DNA from: Emiliania huxleyi CCMP1516
Lineage: Eukaryota
Direction: 5' to 3'
Assembly (NCBI RefSeq): GCF_000372725.1
Contig: NW_005202113.1
Span: forward strand, 62,001 to 126,000
Length of the DNA stretch: 64,000 bases
The translations under genes were made by a program, and so were the position numbers. Below are positions 46,292 through 58,447 of the stretch, one piece after another; position 1 is the stretch's first letter; each line of letters starts with the position of its first letter. The notes below the pieces were generated by a model. It did not search any database. It was not told the origin of the DNA and was given only the letters and a program-made list of their open reading frames with translations.

Positions 46292-48025
46292 TCACGTCTG
46301 GCTCGCCCAGCACGTCTCCCCGAGCCACTGCTCCGCCCAGCACTCTGTCGACGCAAGGCGGAGCATCGCGTGCCACTCGTGCGGAGTGGCGGGCGCGCCG
46401 ACGGCGAGCCGCCAGAGACGCGCGGTGAAGGAGCCGAAGAATGCGGCGGCGGCGGCGGTGAGCGCCCAACCGACCCGGCGGGGCACGGAGCGCGCGCGGA
46501 CGACGAGTGCGTCCCAGCCGGCGGCGGCGATCAGGATGGCGAAGTAGTAGGCGGGCGCGTAGTAGAGGAGGAAGGTCTGCCGGTCCTGCGTCGCGTACGG
46601 CAGCCAGTGCAGCAGCATCGCGCACAGCAGCGAGGCGGTGCCGCCCGGCTCGGCCGCGCCGCTCAGCGCGCCGGCGAGCCGCGCCGCTCGCTCTGCGCCC
46701 TCCGCGCCGCGCAGGCGCTCGCGCGCGCACCCGAGCGCGAGGGCGGCGAGGCGGGCGGCGGCGGCGGCCGCGGCGGCGGCGGCGGCGAGGGCGATGGCCG
46801 GGTTCGGGTGGATGAAGAGGCCGAGCAGATGTTGGTCGTCTGGCGCCGCGGCGACGGCCGCCCAATCTCTGACGAGGGAGAAGTGGACGCCTCGCGCGGC
46901 GAGCGGCCACGAGTACCAGCGCGAGTCGAAGGCGTGCGAGCCGCGCGGGAAGAGGATGGCCATGTTGCGGTTGTAGCGGAACTGGGTGGCGGCGTGCTCG
47001 AGCGCGAGCGCGAGGAAGGAGGGCCTCTCTCCAGGCGGAAGCGAAGCGGCGAGCGGGTTGCCGGCGAGCGTGGCCTGGAAGCCTTCGGACATGTAGCCGT
47101 CGCCGTCGCCAGAGTTGGGGAGCAGGGAGAGGTGGAGGCGGAGCATCGCCACGTGCATCGCCAGCGGCAGCCCGAGCAGAATCGCGCCGCGCGCCGCCGC
47201 CTGCCGGAGGAGCGCCGCGACGCTTCGCCCCTGCGCGGCGAGCCGGCAGAGAAGGAGCAGATTCTGCAGCCCGAGCCAGCCGAGGGTGGTGAGGGGCGCG
47301 CCGTACTTGCACTGCAGCGCGCCGCCGAGGGCGAGGCCGGCCGCCATCAGCGGCGCGAGCGGCAGCGGCGCGGCCGCGTCGCGCGGCGGCGCGCGCGTCG
47401 CAGAGAGCGCGGCGAGGTGGGTGAGGCTAACGAGGAGGGCGAGGATGATATCGTTGAGGTGGAGGCGCGAGAGGGCGAGGAAGAGGTTGTCGCTCAGCAC
47501 GAGGTAGGCGGCGAGCAGGCTCGACGCACGCGAGAGCCCGGCGGCGCGCGCAGTGATAAAGGCGACCGGCACCATCGCCGTGCCGCACAGTGCCGGCAGC
47601 AGCCGCTGAGGCGCGAGGTCGCACTCGGCCGCAAACGGCTCGGTCGACTCGTACGGACAGGAGGCGGCGCCGCGGAAGCCCAGGGCGAGCGCGACGCGGT
47701 ACATGGCGAGCTTTGCTAGCGGGGGATGCACGTCGAAGAAGTAGGCGCGCTGGTGGTACCTTGGAGGCAGACGCGCGAGGAGTCGGATTTGAGATGGCGG
47801 ATTAGATGGGCTGCGCTTGGGAACGGCAGAAGCGGCGCGCCAGTTGAGGAAGCGACCCACATGCGTCTCGTCGTACACCGGCGTGGCGGGAAGGTCGATT
47901 CGCCAGAGCCGGGTCACACCGGCTGCGAGTGTCAGTAGGAAGAGACAGCTCGCGTCGCCGCCGATCACGCTGCCGCGGTCGTCGGGGCGCGGGCCAGCAG
48001 GGCGGCGGGATTTCGCGGAAGGCAT
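46292..48025 (-). CDS. PMT: Dolichyl-phosphate-mannose:protein O-mannosyltransferase (GT39), without MIR domains
   Basis: TRLWRI..P..PVYDETHVGRF, FFDVHPPLAKL, QCKYG, GDGDGYMSEGFQ, HAFDSRWYSWP, RQTFLLYYAPA; in-frame intron near 47760-47840. Confidence 0.88.
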   Translation of the reverse strand: MPSAKSRRPAGPRPDDRGSVIGGDASCLFLLTLAAGVTRLWRIDLPATPVYDETHVGRFLNWRAASAVPKRSPSNPPSQIRLLARLPPRYHQRAYFFDVHPPLAKLAMYRVALALGFRGAASCPYESTEPFAAECDLAPQRLLPALCGTAMVPVAFITARAAGLSRASSLLAAYLVLSDNLFLALSRLHLNDIILALLVSLTHLAALSATRAPPRDAAAPLPLAPLMAAGLALGGALQCKYGAPLTTLGWLGLQNLLLLCRLAAQGRSVAALLRQAAARGAILLGLPLAMHVAMLRLHLSLLPNSGDGDGYMSEGFQATLAGNPLAASLPPGERPSFLALALEHAATQFRYNRNMAILFPRGSHAFDSRWYSWPLAARGVHFSLVRDWAAVAAAPDDQHLLGLFIHPNPAIALAAAAAAAAAAARLAALALGCARERLRGAEGAERAARLAGALSGAAEPGGTASLLCAMLLHWLPYATQDRQTFLLYYAPAYYFAILIAAAGWDALVVRARSVPRRVGWALTAAAAAFFGSFTARLWRLAVGAPATPHEWHAMLRLASTECWAEQWLGETCWASQT

Positions 48026-48925
48026 GCAGTGGTGGTGTCGTCGACTGACTTCGAGTCGGGGCCGCCTCAGAAAGAATTTTACAAGGGTCCATCGCACGAC
48101 ACCGGGTACGGGACTGGCACTGCAAAGGCGACGGCTTAGAAGCCGTCGCCCTCACAGATGCCGTCCTCCTCACAGAAGGCGTCGTCGGAATGGTAGTCAG
48201 GCGGATGGTCGAATCCGCGAGCACCGTGGTGAGAATTCTAGCTACGCCACGGGCGCTTTGGTGCCAGACCTAGAGCGCTAGGCGGGGGCCTCCCATCAAA
48301 GGGACTGCGGCAGAAGACGCCCAATCTTGCACAAGTGCAACAACCATACGTCTCGCCAGTTCGTGCGAGGGTATTTTGGACAATCCACAAAAAACAATTG
48401 CCGGGGTTAAAACACAACCTCTGCATGTATGTGTGTATGCTGCCTCTCTCACAGCACACTGACAAGGCTCAAGGGCGTGCGTGGACGGGCGCAAACAGCA
48501 CAGACATCGGCCGAAAGAAGAATTCGCGCGGGGGGATCGCTTCCCGAGTAGGATTCCTAAGTCCTGAACAACCACATGGTCGTACTTTTCGTTCGCGGCC
48601 ATCGCGCATCGGGGTACGGATACTCTCTCGTATGTGGCGAATCGCCATCGATAAACTGGAGGGGGGAAGGAATCTAGAGGGCGGGCTCCCGGCCTCCCGC
48701 CGGGACGTGGCGGAAAGTCGGCGGTTGAAACGCCAAACAACCGTCAAACAGAGTGCGCTTGCAAATTGATTCCAGGCCAATCGCCGCCCTGCGCGCCCTC
48801 GCCTGCGCCCCACAACGGCGACACGCGAACCGCCCACGCGCACACGGCCACACTGACACGCTGCTCGGCCCGATCGCCCTGGATTGCAACATTACTGATC
48901 GCCTGACCGTTGGCCGCGCCTCAGG

Positions 48926-49168
48926 ATGTTTTCCAAAATCGTGGGCGAGTCTACCCTCATGCTGGCTGGCTGCGCTGGCGCAATCGCGATCCAGGCACAG
49001 CTCCTAGCGAGGGCCGCCAAGCCCGAGTGCGCTGCGGCCGAAGCCACGAGGCAGTTTGAGATGCCCTCCGACGCCGAGATTGCCGCAATGGCCAACGCAG
49101 CTCTGTCTTTGAGAGGATCCGCCCATCGTCGGGAGCGGCCAGTGGCGCTCGTGCCAGCGCGCGACTAA
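48926..49168 (+). CDS. Small hypothetical protein with hydrophobic N-terminus
   Basis: 80-aa ATG-initiated ORF with a hydrophobic stretch; no family recognised. Confidence 0.25.
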   Translation: MFSKIVGESTLMLAGCAGAIAIQAQLLARAAKPECAAAEATRQFEMPSDAEIAAMANAALSLRGSAHRRERPVALVPARD

Positions 49169-49457
49169 GATAGTGAGGGTGTGGGCTTGCTTCGAGTGCC
49201 GCCGGTTGTCCTGGCGCGTGTGCTTTTATGCATTATGGGGGCGGCGGCCCGGTCCCCGGTGGGGTCAGGGAGCTCAGCGCGCTTGCAGCGGCCGCGCGCG
49301 GGCACTGGGGTCTGGGCAACCACAGTGCACACCTAGGCCGTGGTCCAGGTGCTGTCGCGTTGGACGATGTAGAATGAACAACTGCTCGTTATCATAAACG
49401 ACACGCACGAGTGTGCGCAACTGGCCAACTGCCCGGCGGGGGGCTCTATGACGAAAA

Positions 49458-50453
49458 CTAGACGATGCCTTGCGGCGGCATGCCCGGCGGCATGCCCAGC
49501 GGCGGCATGCCTGGCGGCGGCATGCCTGGCGGCGGGACTAGCCGCGGCATGTCTGGCGACATGCCCGGCGGCCGCATGCCTGTTGGCAGGGCGGCTGCCG
49601 CGGCTGTCGGCTCCCGCTTCACGCACGACGTTGAGGGCTCCAGCGCGCCGAGCTCCTTGTTCACGGCGGCCTCGGCGGCGATCTCGCGGTCCTTGGCCGC
49701 GCGGTACTCATCCCACACAGTCTCGCGCGCTTTCGCCGCGGCCGTGAAGTCGTCGAAGGCCTTGTCGAGGCCACGCAACTGCGGGTGCCGCGGCCGCCTT
49801 CTGGCGCGCCGCCGCTTTGCGCCGCGCGAGTTCGTCGTGATCGTTCGTCCCGATCCACTCTTCGAGCGCCCCCTCATCCTGCAAGAGCTCCTTCACGCGC
49901 TGGTCAATCGCCGGGTCCAGCTTCGAGCGAGCCTTGGCCACGCGCTCCTCCAGGAGCTCGCTTTGCCTGCGGCTGCGCTTGCGTGGTGTGTCGGGCTCAA
50001 GGGTGACGGCGTTCTTGCGGCCCTCGGCATTCTTCTGCTCCCAGCTGCGCTCGCCCACGACCTGAACGTCTCCCGTCGCAGCTGGCACCTTCGCCGCAGC
50101 GGACGTCACTGGCTTGCTCAGCACCTCCAGGTCGCCCGCGTCGATCCACTGCTGTTGCTTCCAGTCCCAGCACCGCCATGGACTCTTGACGAGCTCGACC
50201 CTGTGGCGACATCACCGGGAGCGTACATGACGCCCTCGTCGGCGCCAATGTCCTCCGAGTCCCCAATCACCCAGCCTGAGTCAGCGTTCACGTACCACAA
50301 CGCTTGCTTGACTTTGTCGTCCTCGTGGCGGTATAGCGGGTAGGCTGTACGGCCATTGGTTAGGGCGGGAATTTCGTGGTACACGCCGAGACATGCGCGA
50401 GATTTGCCCTGGTTCTCGGTCGGCAGCCTGCCGACGATGGCCACGCGAGCCAT
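49458..50453 (-). pseudogene. Frameshifted hypothetical gene (probable pseudogene)
   Basis: A coherent protein (LGVY...PLYRH...LWY...WVIG...; RVELVKSPWRCWDWKQQQWIDAGDLEVL; DVQVVGERSWEQKNAEGRKNA; HPQLRGLDKAF) switches frame near 50205 and 49790 with no room for introns. Confidence 0.55.
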
Positions 50454-50785
50454 CTGTGTCCCGTGTTTCTGCTGCTGCTTACCTCACGACCGTGTTTCTT
50501 TCCCGTCTAATTATCCAGGCTGTATCTACCAGGCTGTTCTCCAGGCTGATCTTCCAGTTAACCTGCGAAGCGTGAACAGCGCCACGAATTTGAACAGCGT
50601 TCCTTGAACACGATATCGGTGTCGCACCGCTCTGACATGACCGGAGCACTTGGAGCACTTGGAGTGCAGTCGGTAACCTCACATCCAGGGCCGGGGAGCT
50701 AAGAAGCGCACCCAGCGGGCCGGATGATCGGCATCGGGCTACGGGCTAGAGAGCCCTGACCCCTAGGGGGGTGCGCGTTCGCAGG

Positions 50786-52428
50786 GAAAGGGCTGTAGAG
50801 TAAAAAAAATTGCGTTTTACCCTGCGAAAGACACTACTCTCCCCCTCCCGTCACTCGTCCCCCTTGGCGTGGCGCGCCTCTCCCCCAGCTCTCGGTATCG
50901 CGTACTGCACGAGGCTACCGTGGGCCCCGCCTGCGCGCTGGGGGTTCCCTGCCCTGTCGGGAAGCCTAGCTCTGAACCTGGGGTCGCTACCTAATGCGGG
51001 GCTCCTGGACGGGCGATGAAGTTCGCCTTGAATCTCTCGTCTCGCTTTCCCCCCGACTCGCGTCCGTCGGGGGTACTCCCTGCTCTGGCTCTCTGATCTC
51101 CCCCCCGCCCCCCCCCCCCCTCCTTCCCTCTCCGGGATGAGAAGCGCGCTGCTGTCCCTAGAGGGGGGTCGGGTGGTGAGGGAATTGATTAGGCCTCATG
51201 TTGTCCGCGGTCGCCCACGGACGATCGCCGGAGTGGGCCGAAGGACAGAGGCTTGCCTGTGTGGGGGCGCGCGGGCGCCCACTCAGGCTCGGCCTCCGTT
51301 GTCTCAGCCTTCAGTTCACCTCTCCTAGCGCCCGGTTTTGCGTGGCGACCTTCATTTCGGGGTCGAAGGTGCTACACACACTTGCCCCCTGGTGGTCTGG
51401 CACTCGGCGTTATACCTACTGGGGTTAGGCTGTTTTTCTTTGATTTTCTGAATTTCGGGGGGGGGGGGGGGAAGTGGGTCCCCGCGGTGTTTTTTCTTTC
51501 CTGTCAGTTTTCTTCTATAAAGATCTTGGCAAAAAAGAGGCCGTTTGTATCGTATTACAAAAGTACTGCGTGCGGCATGCGCGGGCTCGACGTGAGGCAG
51601 GCGACTGTCGCGGGGTGCGGGCTGCATCGCCGGTGCGGGGACTGCGCGGCGTGCACAACAAACATGTACATGTGCATGCACCTTGGCTTGCATGTGTGTG
51701 TGCTCTGTGCGGTCTGTGCTGTGTGCAGGCAGACTGGACAGCAAACTGAACGGATGGCGGAGCGCGCGCGCAGCGTGCCACGCGCGCGCCTCGTGCAGTG
51801 CAGGATCTGCGTCGTGCAGGCGCGAGGCGGCAGGGGCGCAGCGGAGCACGCGGGCTGAATGGTTCAGAACAAGCAGGGCTGCTGTGCAGTCTGCATGCAG
51901 ACTGCACAGCAGCCCTGCTCGGGTAACGGAGAGCGTGCTCGGTGGCCTGCGCGCGCGGCGTGCCGCCGCGCGCGCCTCGCGGTGAAGCGTCTTGCCGGTC
52001 GCGTCGCGCTCCGGTGCGGTATGGTGCCTGAAGAAGGTGCAGGCGCTTGTGCAATGGGCGCAGACTGCAGTGAGAGGTGCACTGCGGCGCGCGCGTCGCG
52101 GCGTGAGTGGTCGTGCGCCTGGCGCTGGTGGTGCGAGAGGCGCGTGGCTGGTGCGGGCGGCTCGGGACAGCCATAGGATGCCAGCACAGAGCAGACGCAC
52201 ATGGCACAGCTCTGAAATGGCGCTGCGCGTGTTTGCGTGCGCGCGGGGACGTACGTGCAGTTTTCACGCGGTGTGCGTGGAGAGGGTCATGCAGGGCGCC
52301 GGCAGCGCGTGGCTCGGCGTGTGGGAGTGTTGGGGTGCCCGTAGGCGCGTGGGGAAGGTGCCCGAAGGCGATCATTTCGGGGTGCTGAAGGAACTGTTGT
52401 GCACAGCTTGAAAGGGCTGTAGAGTAAA
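50786..52428. mobile_element. Non-coding 1.6-kb block bounded by perfect 19-bp direct repeats (putative insertion)
   Basis: GAAAGGGCTGTAGAGTAAA at 50786-50804 and 52410-52428; interior lacks credible ORFs and has poly-C, poly-G and TGCA/GT-rich tracts. Confidence 0.45.
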
Positions 52429-52575
52429 CACGGGTCCCCGAGGGTTAGCTCTGCGCTCCGGGTTTCCCCTAGCCGCGGAACGCCCCCTCTACTCGGGGCT
52501 AGTATTGTTTTCTCTTTGCCTTGTTCGCAGCACGTCCAACGCCATCGCTGACCGTGCTTCGAACCATCTCCCGTG

Positions 52576-53076
52576 ATGGCCGCCCTCCGCTCCGCCGCCC
52601 GCTCGCTCTGGCGGCGCGTGCACCCCGACCTTTTCCAGCGGCACCCTGCGGCGGCGGCCTCCAACCAGCGTGCGATGCAGGACGTTGGCGCCTTCCTCGA
52701 CGCGGCGGCGGAGCGGCACCACGCGCTGCTCACCGGGGCGCCTCCGCCTCCGCCACCGCCGGCACGCTCGCTCGCCTTCTTCGTGGACGCGCCAGCACCG
52801 GCCGAGCCGCGAGAGGTTTGTGTTCGTCTGGCGCCGCCGCACGTGCCGCGCCACCTCGCGTCCGCCGCGGCAGCCGAGCGGTGGGCGGACGGCGTGCGGC
52901 GCTGCATCGAGGATGCGGTGGCGGCCCTGGACGGGTCGCCCGACGTCAGGGCGGCCGGTGCGAGCGAGGAGCGCTCAGACGCACCTCCCGCGGCCGCCGA
53001 CCCGCTTCTCGCCGCCGCCTTGCGCGCGTCCGCCGCGCGACAGCGCCACGAGCGGCGTGGCGCCGCCGCCGCCGCC

Positions 53077-53113
<37 letters not shown>

Positions 53114-54304
53114 GGATGCGCCTCGAGACGAGCCGCCTCTTTTTCGGGCGCGGCATCGACTCAGACGAGCAGCAGCGGCTCATCGAGGCGCTGCGCCGCC
53201 TCCTGCCGCAGCTCAGTCCGCGGGTGGTGCGCGCGCTGCGCGGCGGCGGCAGCAGCAGCTCGCGCTCGACGCATTTGCGCTCAAAGCATTTGCCGCCGCA
53301 CCCCCCGATAGTGGTTGCAGCGCGGGAAGGCGCGGGCGGCGCGGGCGGCGCGGGTGTGGGGGGCGCGGGGATCGCCCACCTCGATCCCAGCTTTCAGCTC
53401 GCCGATCTGGAGGCGGCGCTGCTGGAGGCGGCGAGGCCGCCCTCCGCAGCCGGCGGAGAGAGCGGGGCGCGGGGTGGGAGTGGTGGCCGCGCGGACGGAG
53501 GCGGCCGCGGCGTCGCCGAGGCGGCGGTTGACGCTGCGCGCCGGCTGCGCGCCGCCGTGCGGTGCGATGGCGTGCTCACGAGCGGTGCGGACGCAGAGAC
53601 GGCGCTGCTCGTGGCGGAGGCGCTGCTCGCGCAGGCGACCGAGCTGCGCGAGGCCCTCGACCTGAGCTGGCAAGGCGTCCGGCTCCGGCTCCTCCCCGCT
53701 GCGGAGGAGGGCGCCGCCAACTGCCGCTTGACCGACGGCGCGGGCGGCGGCGCGCAGCTGCTCGTGCGCGGGACGCAGGGCGCGGCCGAAGTGCTCGCCC
53801 TCGTGCGGCGCGAGGCGCACAGCCTGAGGAGGGCGCGAGAGCGGGTGGCGGCCTCCCCTCTTCCCGGGCGGAGGCGTCGCGGGTGGCCACGTCCAAGCGC
53901 CCCCACCCCTCGTGGCCCGACAGGCGGTGCTGCTCGACGAGCTGTGCGCGCGGCTCGGCTGCGCCGACGCCACCGCCATTGGCATCGGCCGCGGCTGCGG
54001 GGACGAGCAGGTGGCGTCGTTGCGCCGGCTGCTCTGCGAGGTGCCGGAGGGCGGGCTTGTGCTCGGCGACAGGTTCGAACCTGCGAGGCTACACCTGGTG
54101 ATTGGCAGCGGCGCCGCGGAGGCGGCGGAGCGCGCCATGGCCGGCCGACGCGGCGCAATGGAGGTGTATGTTGCACTACCGTCCGTCTTTGGCGCCGCTG
54201 AGCTCGCGGCGGCGATTGCATCGGCGATTGGCCGAGATGGGGCGGTTAGGACGCGGCATGGGACACGGATTTCAGCCGTTGGTGGCTCCAAACGTCAACG
54301 GTAG
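52576..54304 (+). CDS. DUF4460/TCAIM-like protein (J-domain-like N-terminus)
   Basis: LRSAARSLWRRVHPDLFQRHPAAAASNQRAMQDVGAFLD matches the DUF4460 pattern; the last exon is in ORF 53912-54304 after an intron near 53846-53923. Confidence 0.65.
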
Positions 54305-54652
54305 TTGCTAGTTCAGTCACACATTGACGGTGTGTATTGTGTTCAATCGTTATCATCAGCGTACAGTACACACAACACACGGAGAGAGAGTTACCACGAG
54401 AGATATCCGACTCGAGTCGTGTCAATCGCTCCAAGAGCAAGACGAGAAAAGAGAGGTCGGCTCATCACTGTTGTGTTCCCCTGTTCCCCAAAGAGGCCAG
54501 AGAGAGCGGACAGAGCGCAGAGACGAGAGAGCCGAGCCTGGCGAGCCTCTCTCTCCATCCTCCTCTACGTTACGTCTCCGATTCTCACCTGGCTCTGTGC
54601 CACACCTCCCAACACAAAAATGAATGACAGGAATCGCACATCAACTGCCTTG

Positions 54653-54785
54653 TCAGCTCTCATCCCCTGCCATTGGACTGTCTGCGGCAATCGCCTGGCC
54701 CTCGGCAGCGTCAGCTTCGCCACCCGGCTCCGCCTCCGCCTCCGGCGCCGGCTCGGCCGTGGGCTCAGGCTCGGGGGGCGGCGCG

Positions 54786-54820
<35 letters not shown>

Positions 54821-57800
54821 TGGAGCTGGTGAGTCATCCGCCGCTTCTGCGGGCTCCGGATTGGGAGAAGTTGCAGCAGCCTCCGTGGGCTCACTCCCGG
54901 ACGCAGGCGCGTCTTGCAGTCCCGTGGAGCCCTCGACGGCGGGTGGCGCCTTCGCCGCGGTCGCAGTGCCCGCTTCTTCCACGGCCGCTGCAGGGTTCGG
55001 CGTCCCGCCGAGCGTGTTCGAGCTGGACCCGCCGGTGCTCGAGGTCGACTTGCGATACTGCATCAGCTTCTCCTTGTTCTTCTCCTGGCGCCGCTTGATC
55101 CGCGCCTTTTCCCGAGCCTCCTCCTCCTTCTTGGAGGCGAGTGCCGCGGCGGCCTTGCTCTCCTTCTCCTCCTCCTTCTTTTGCTTGAGCTCCTGGTAGT
55201 CGAGCAGCTTCGCATGCACCTCCTTGCGCCGCCTGGCCAGCTTTGCATTCCGCTCCTTCTCCTTGCGGACCCTCTCCTCCTCCTCGAGTTTCTTGCGCAC
55301 CGCGGCGCGCTTCATCAGGGTCTCGTTCGGAGGCATGTTTGCACTACTCATGCCTGGCACCTCCGCCGGCTGTAGCGGCGCCTTCGGCGGCCGTCGTGGC
55401 GCAGCGGGTCGGGCAGCCGGCGAGACCCCAGGCCGCTGCCTTGCCGGAGCGGCCAGCTTCGACCCCGGGTCAGGTGAAGGCGCTCTGCTCCGCGACCGTT
55501 GCGGAGACGCTGCAGCAGGTGCAGAAGGCCTTGCTCCACCCACCTTCCGCTCAAGTGCGCTTTTCGCGGGGCGCTTCTCGGGAACGACCTTCAGACGCGT
55601 CTCCTCCGCCGCCACCGGCTTCAGAATGTTGATGCCGAGGGCATTCTCGAAGATGCTGTCCATGAGCTCGAGCGAGGCGGCGGCTGATGCGCTCAGCCCC
55701 ATCTCGGGCGGGACGACACGCACCTGCGTCTCCTTGCGCTCAACCTTGACGGCAAGGCCGGCAGGCACCGGCACCTCGTTCGGATCAGCCGCCGCATTTA
55801 GCTTCTTCTCCAGCGCCGCGCGCTTTTGCTCCGCCGGGGAGAGCTTGGGCGCCGGGCGCGGCGGCTCCTTTTTGCCCGCGTCAGCCGCCTGCTTTTTGGC
55901 TCTGTCCGCCCGAGCCCCGTTTGCCGCCTGCTTGCGAGGCGGCCGCTGCGCCTCTGTCGCCGCCGCCTTCCCGTCAACAAGCTTTGCCGCGTACTTCTTC
56001 CCACCGCTTTGCTTGGCGCGGTCCTCGCGAAGCTTGCGCCGCTGCTCCTCGGTCGGCTTTGGCTTTGCCGCTGTCGCTTCGGTGTCCGACCCCGGGTCCC
56101 GTCGGCCTGGAGACGGCCGGCCATAGCCGCCACCCTTGACTGCCGCGTAGCTGCCTCCTCTCTGCCGTCCTCCTTCGGTCCCCTTGCTTGCCGGCTTCGG
56201 CAACAACACCGGGCCGTCCGCCGCCTCGCCGCCGATGCTCGCCCTCCTCGCACGGGCGGGGCTCTTTTTGGGCGCCGCTTCCGCCTTGGTGGCCCCTCCG
56301 GCCTTGGGCGATCGGGCTGGAGAGATGGGCGGTAGCACCTTTTTGCGGCCGGTCGGTACCGCGTCGACATTATCCACGGCGTCGGAGCGTGGCCGAAGCG
56401 CCGGCGCCGGCTTTCCCTGCTTTTGCGGCGGCGGCGAGCCTTGGCTCTGATGCTTCTCAGCAAAGCCAAGCAGCGCTGCCAGACCCGGGTGCTCCGCTCC
56501 CCGAAGCTGCAGGTACTGCTGACTGGCGGCAAGCACGGCCGGTGCGACGCGGTTGAGAATCTCGGTGTGTTGCAAGTGGAGGAGCTTGGCGGTCAGCTCG
56601 ACGCAGAGGGTGGCGCGGATGGAGGAGCCATCGACGGCACTCTTGCCGCCCGGCTCGGTCGGCAGCAGCTTGCTCAGCGCCTGCTCGCAAAAGATCTCGA
56701 GAAAGTCGTGCAGCATCTCAGAGGTGTGGTAGCGCTCCACGAGCACGAGGAATGGGATGCTGCCGACCCGCCCATGCAGCGCGTCGTTGAGGCAGACCTT
56801 GCCGAGGAATTGCAGCAGCAAGAGCGCGTGGCGCAGGCCGAGGCTCGGGTGCTTGGCGAGGGTGAGGAAGAAGTCAAAGTCGGAGTTATCGTAGCCGTAC
56901 AGGGTGACCTGCTTGATGAGAGGCTTGAGGAGCACGCCCACGGGGATTTGCGGCTGCTGCATCAGCGTGAGCTGGAAGTTGCGCGCGATAAAGTGGCGGG
57001 CGCCCGCCTCATGGTGGTTCTCGATGAGCGAAAAGGCGAGCGCCTTGAACAGCGCCGGCGCCGCGGGGTGATTCGTCGACGCAAAGCGGTCGAGCAAGCG
57101 GAAGAGCGCAACGTGCACGCCCATCTGCAGCTCAAAGTCGGAATCGCGGCAGCCGCGCTTGAGCTCCGTCAGCACCACGCTCGCTGCGTCCTGAGACGCA
57201 CCGTCCTCGGCGGCGGCTGCAGCGACGGCGTCGGCACTCGCCTCGAGCCGGATGGTCTGGAGTTCGTCCGGGAAGCTCGACCAGAGCTGCGCAAGCAGTT
57301 CGAGGGCGCGTCCGCGGCCAAGCGGGGGCGCGTACGGCAGCCGCGCCACGTGGAGCGCGCGCTGGACCAAGTATTGGAGCGCGCCCGAGTACCTGATGTA
57401 GCTGGGCATGCCGGCGGTGGCCGAGAGTAGTGGCAGAAGCTCGAGGGCGAAGGTCAGGTAGGGCGTCGGCTCGGCGAGCAGCTGAGGCAGCACGTGCGAG
57501 ATGAACTGCTCCACATTGTCGCCGCTAAAGTGCAGCACCATTGGCAGCAGTGAGCCGGCCGAGTGCAGCTCCGGGTGGGCGCGCCATGCCTCAATCATGG
57601 CGGACGCGCCGCCGTCGGGCCGGGAGAACCAAAGCCACAGCACCGCCTGCCCTCCCCGCTGGGTGAGCTCCGACGCGATCCTGCAGAGCAGCCGGCTGGT
57701 CCAGAGCGCGACGTTGGCCTCGGTCGAGCTGAGCCCAGGCTGCAGCAGGGCGAGCGCCCTCTCTGCATTCGCCTCACTAGCACCGCACAGGGCCACCAGG

Positions 57801-58447
57801 TGGCGGCAGTGAGCAAACGCGAGCTTCAGGTACCTCACCGCAGTCTCGTGGTCTCCACGTTCGCCGTGCGCCAGCTTCCGCGAGAGGCGGCGGAGGCTCG
57901 GCTCGCCAACCATCTGCAGGGCCTCGCCCCAGCTGCACGAGTGCAGTTGCGTGTGCAGGCAAATCGCGAGGAACTCCTCGGGACTGCGCGCCTCGTTCGG
58001 GGCGGCTGGCGGAGTGCCGATGCCGGCCGATGCCTCCGCGGCCCCTCGATCGGACCGGTCGCCTCTCGCAGCCGCCCCGCCCTGCGGCCCTGGCGAGTGT
58101 GCGTGCACGTGCAATTGCTTGACCACGTCGACGACGATGTCGGTGTCTCCCGCAACTATGAGCACCTTCATGTCGGCATCGACGTAGACACCATACTCAC
58201 GCAGCTCCGGCAACAGCAGGTTCCAGTTGTACAGCTTGGCAACCGGCGTGGTCAGCTCCTTGAGTGCGCCTGGCCGCCGGCCGCCCAGCTGCTGCAACAG
58301 GATCCCGACCCGCACTCCGTTCTCGAACTCGGCGGCAGCCTCCCGCGCAAGCGCGACCGAGTCGCCGTAGGGGGCCGCCTCGGACTCTCTCAGCACCCCC
58401 AGCCGGCGGAGCCAGCCGGCGACGGCGCCATCGAGCACCAGGGGCAT
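54653..58447 (-). CDS. 1264-aa intronless protein: N-terminal CH-like domain, helical repeat region, basic low-complexity/coiled-coil tail
   Basis: EFENGVRVGILL...AKLYNWNLLLPEL (CH_2/SPEF-like), a long Leu-rich helical body, a KE-rich coiled coil and a (PE)n tail; probably cytoskeletal or ciliary. Confidence 0.75.

Noticed and set aside
50930..51010. GC-rich stem-forming stretch that might be a tRNA or other ncRNA
   Set aside because: No cloverleaf, T-loop (GTTC) or A/B-box pattern could be identified by eye.
51253..52411. Cys/Ala/Arg-rich ORFs of 100-290 aa on both strands
   Set aside because: They derive from TGCA/GT-rich low-complexity sequence with no coding-type bias and no transposase, RT or nuclease motifs.
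54330..54645. Lower-GC AG/TC-rich segment resembling a solo LTR
   Set aside because: No clear TG...CA boundaries with TSD and no second copy in the window; it lies between convergent stop codons and is probably 3' UTR.
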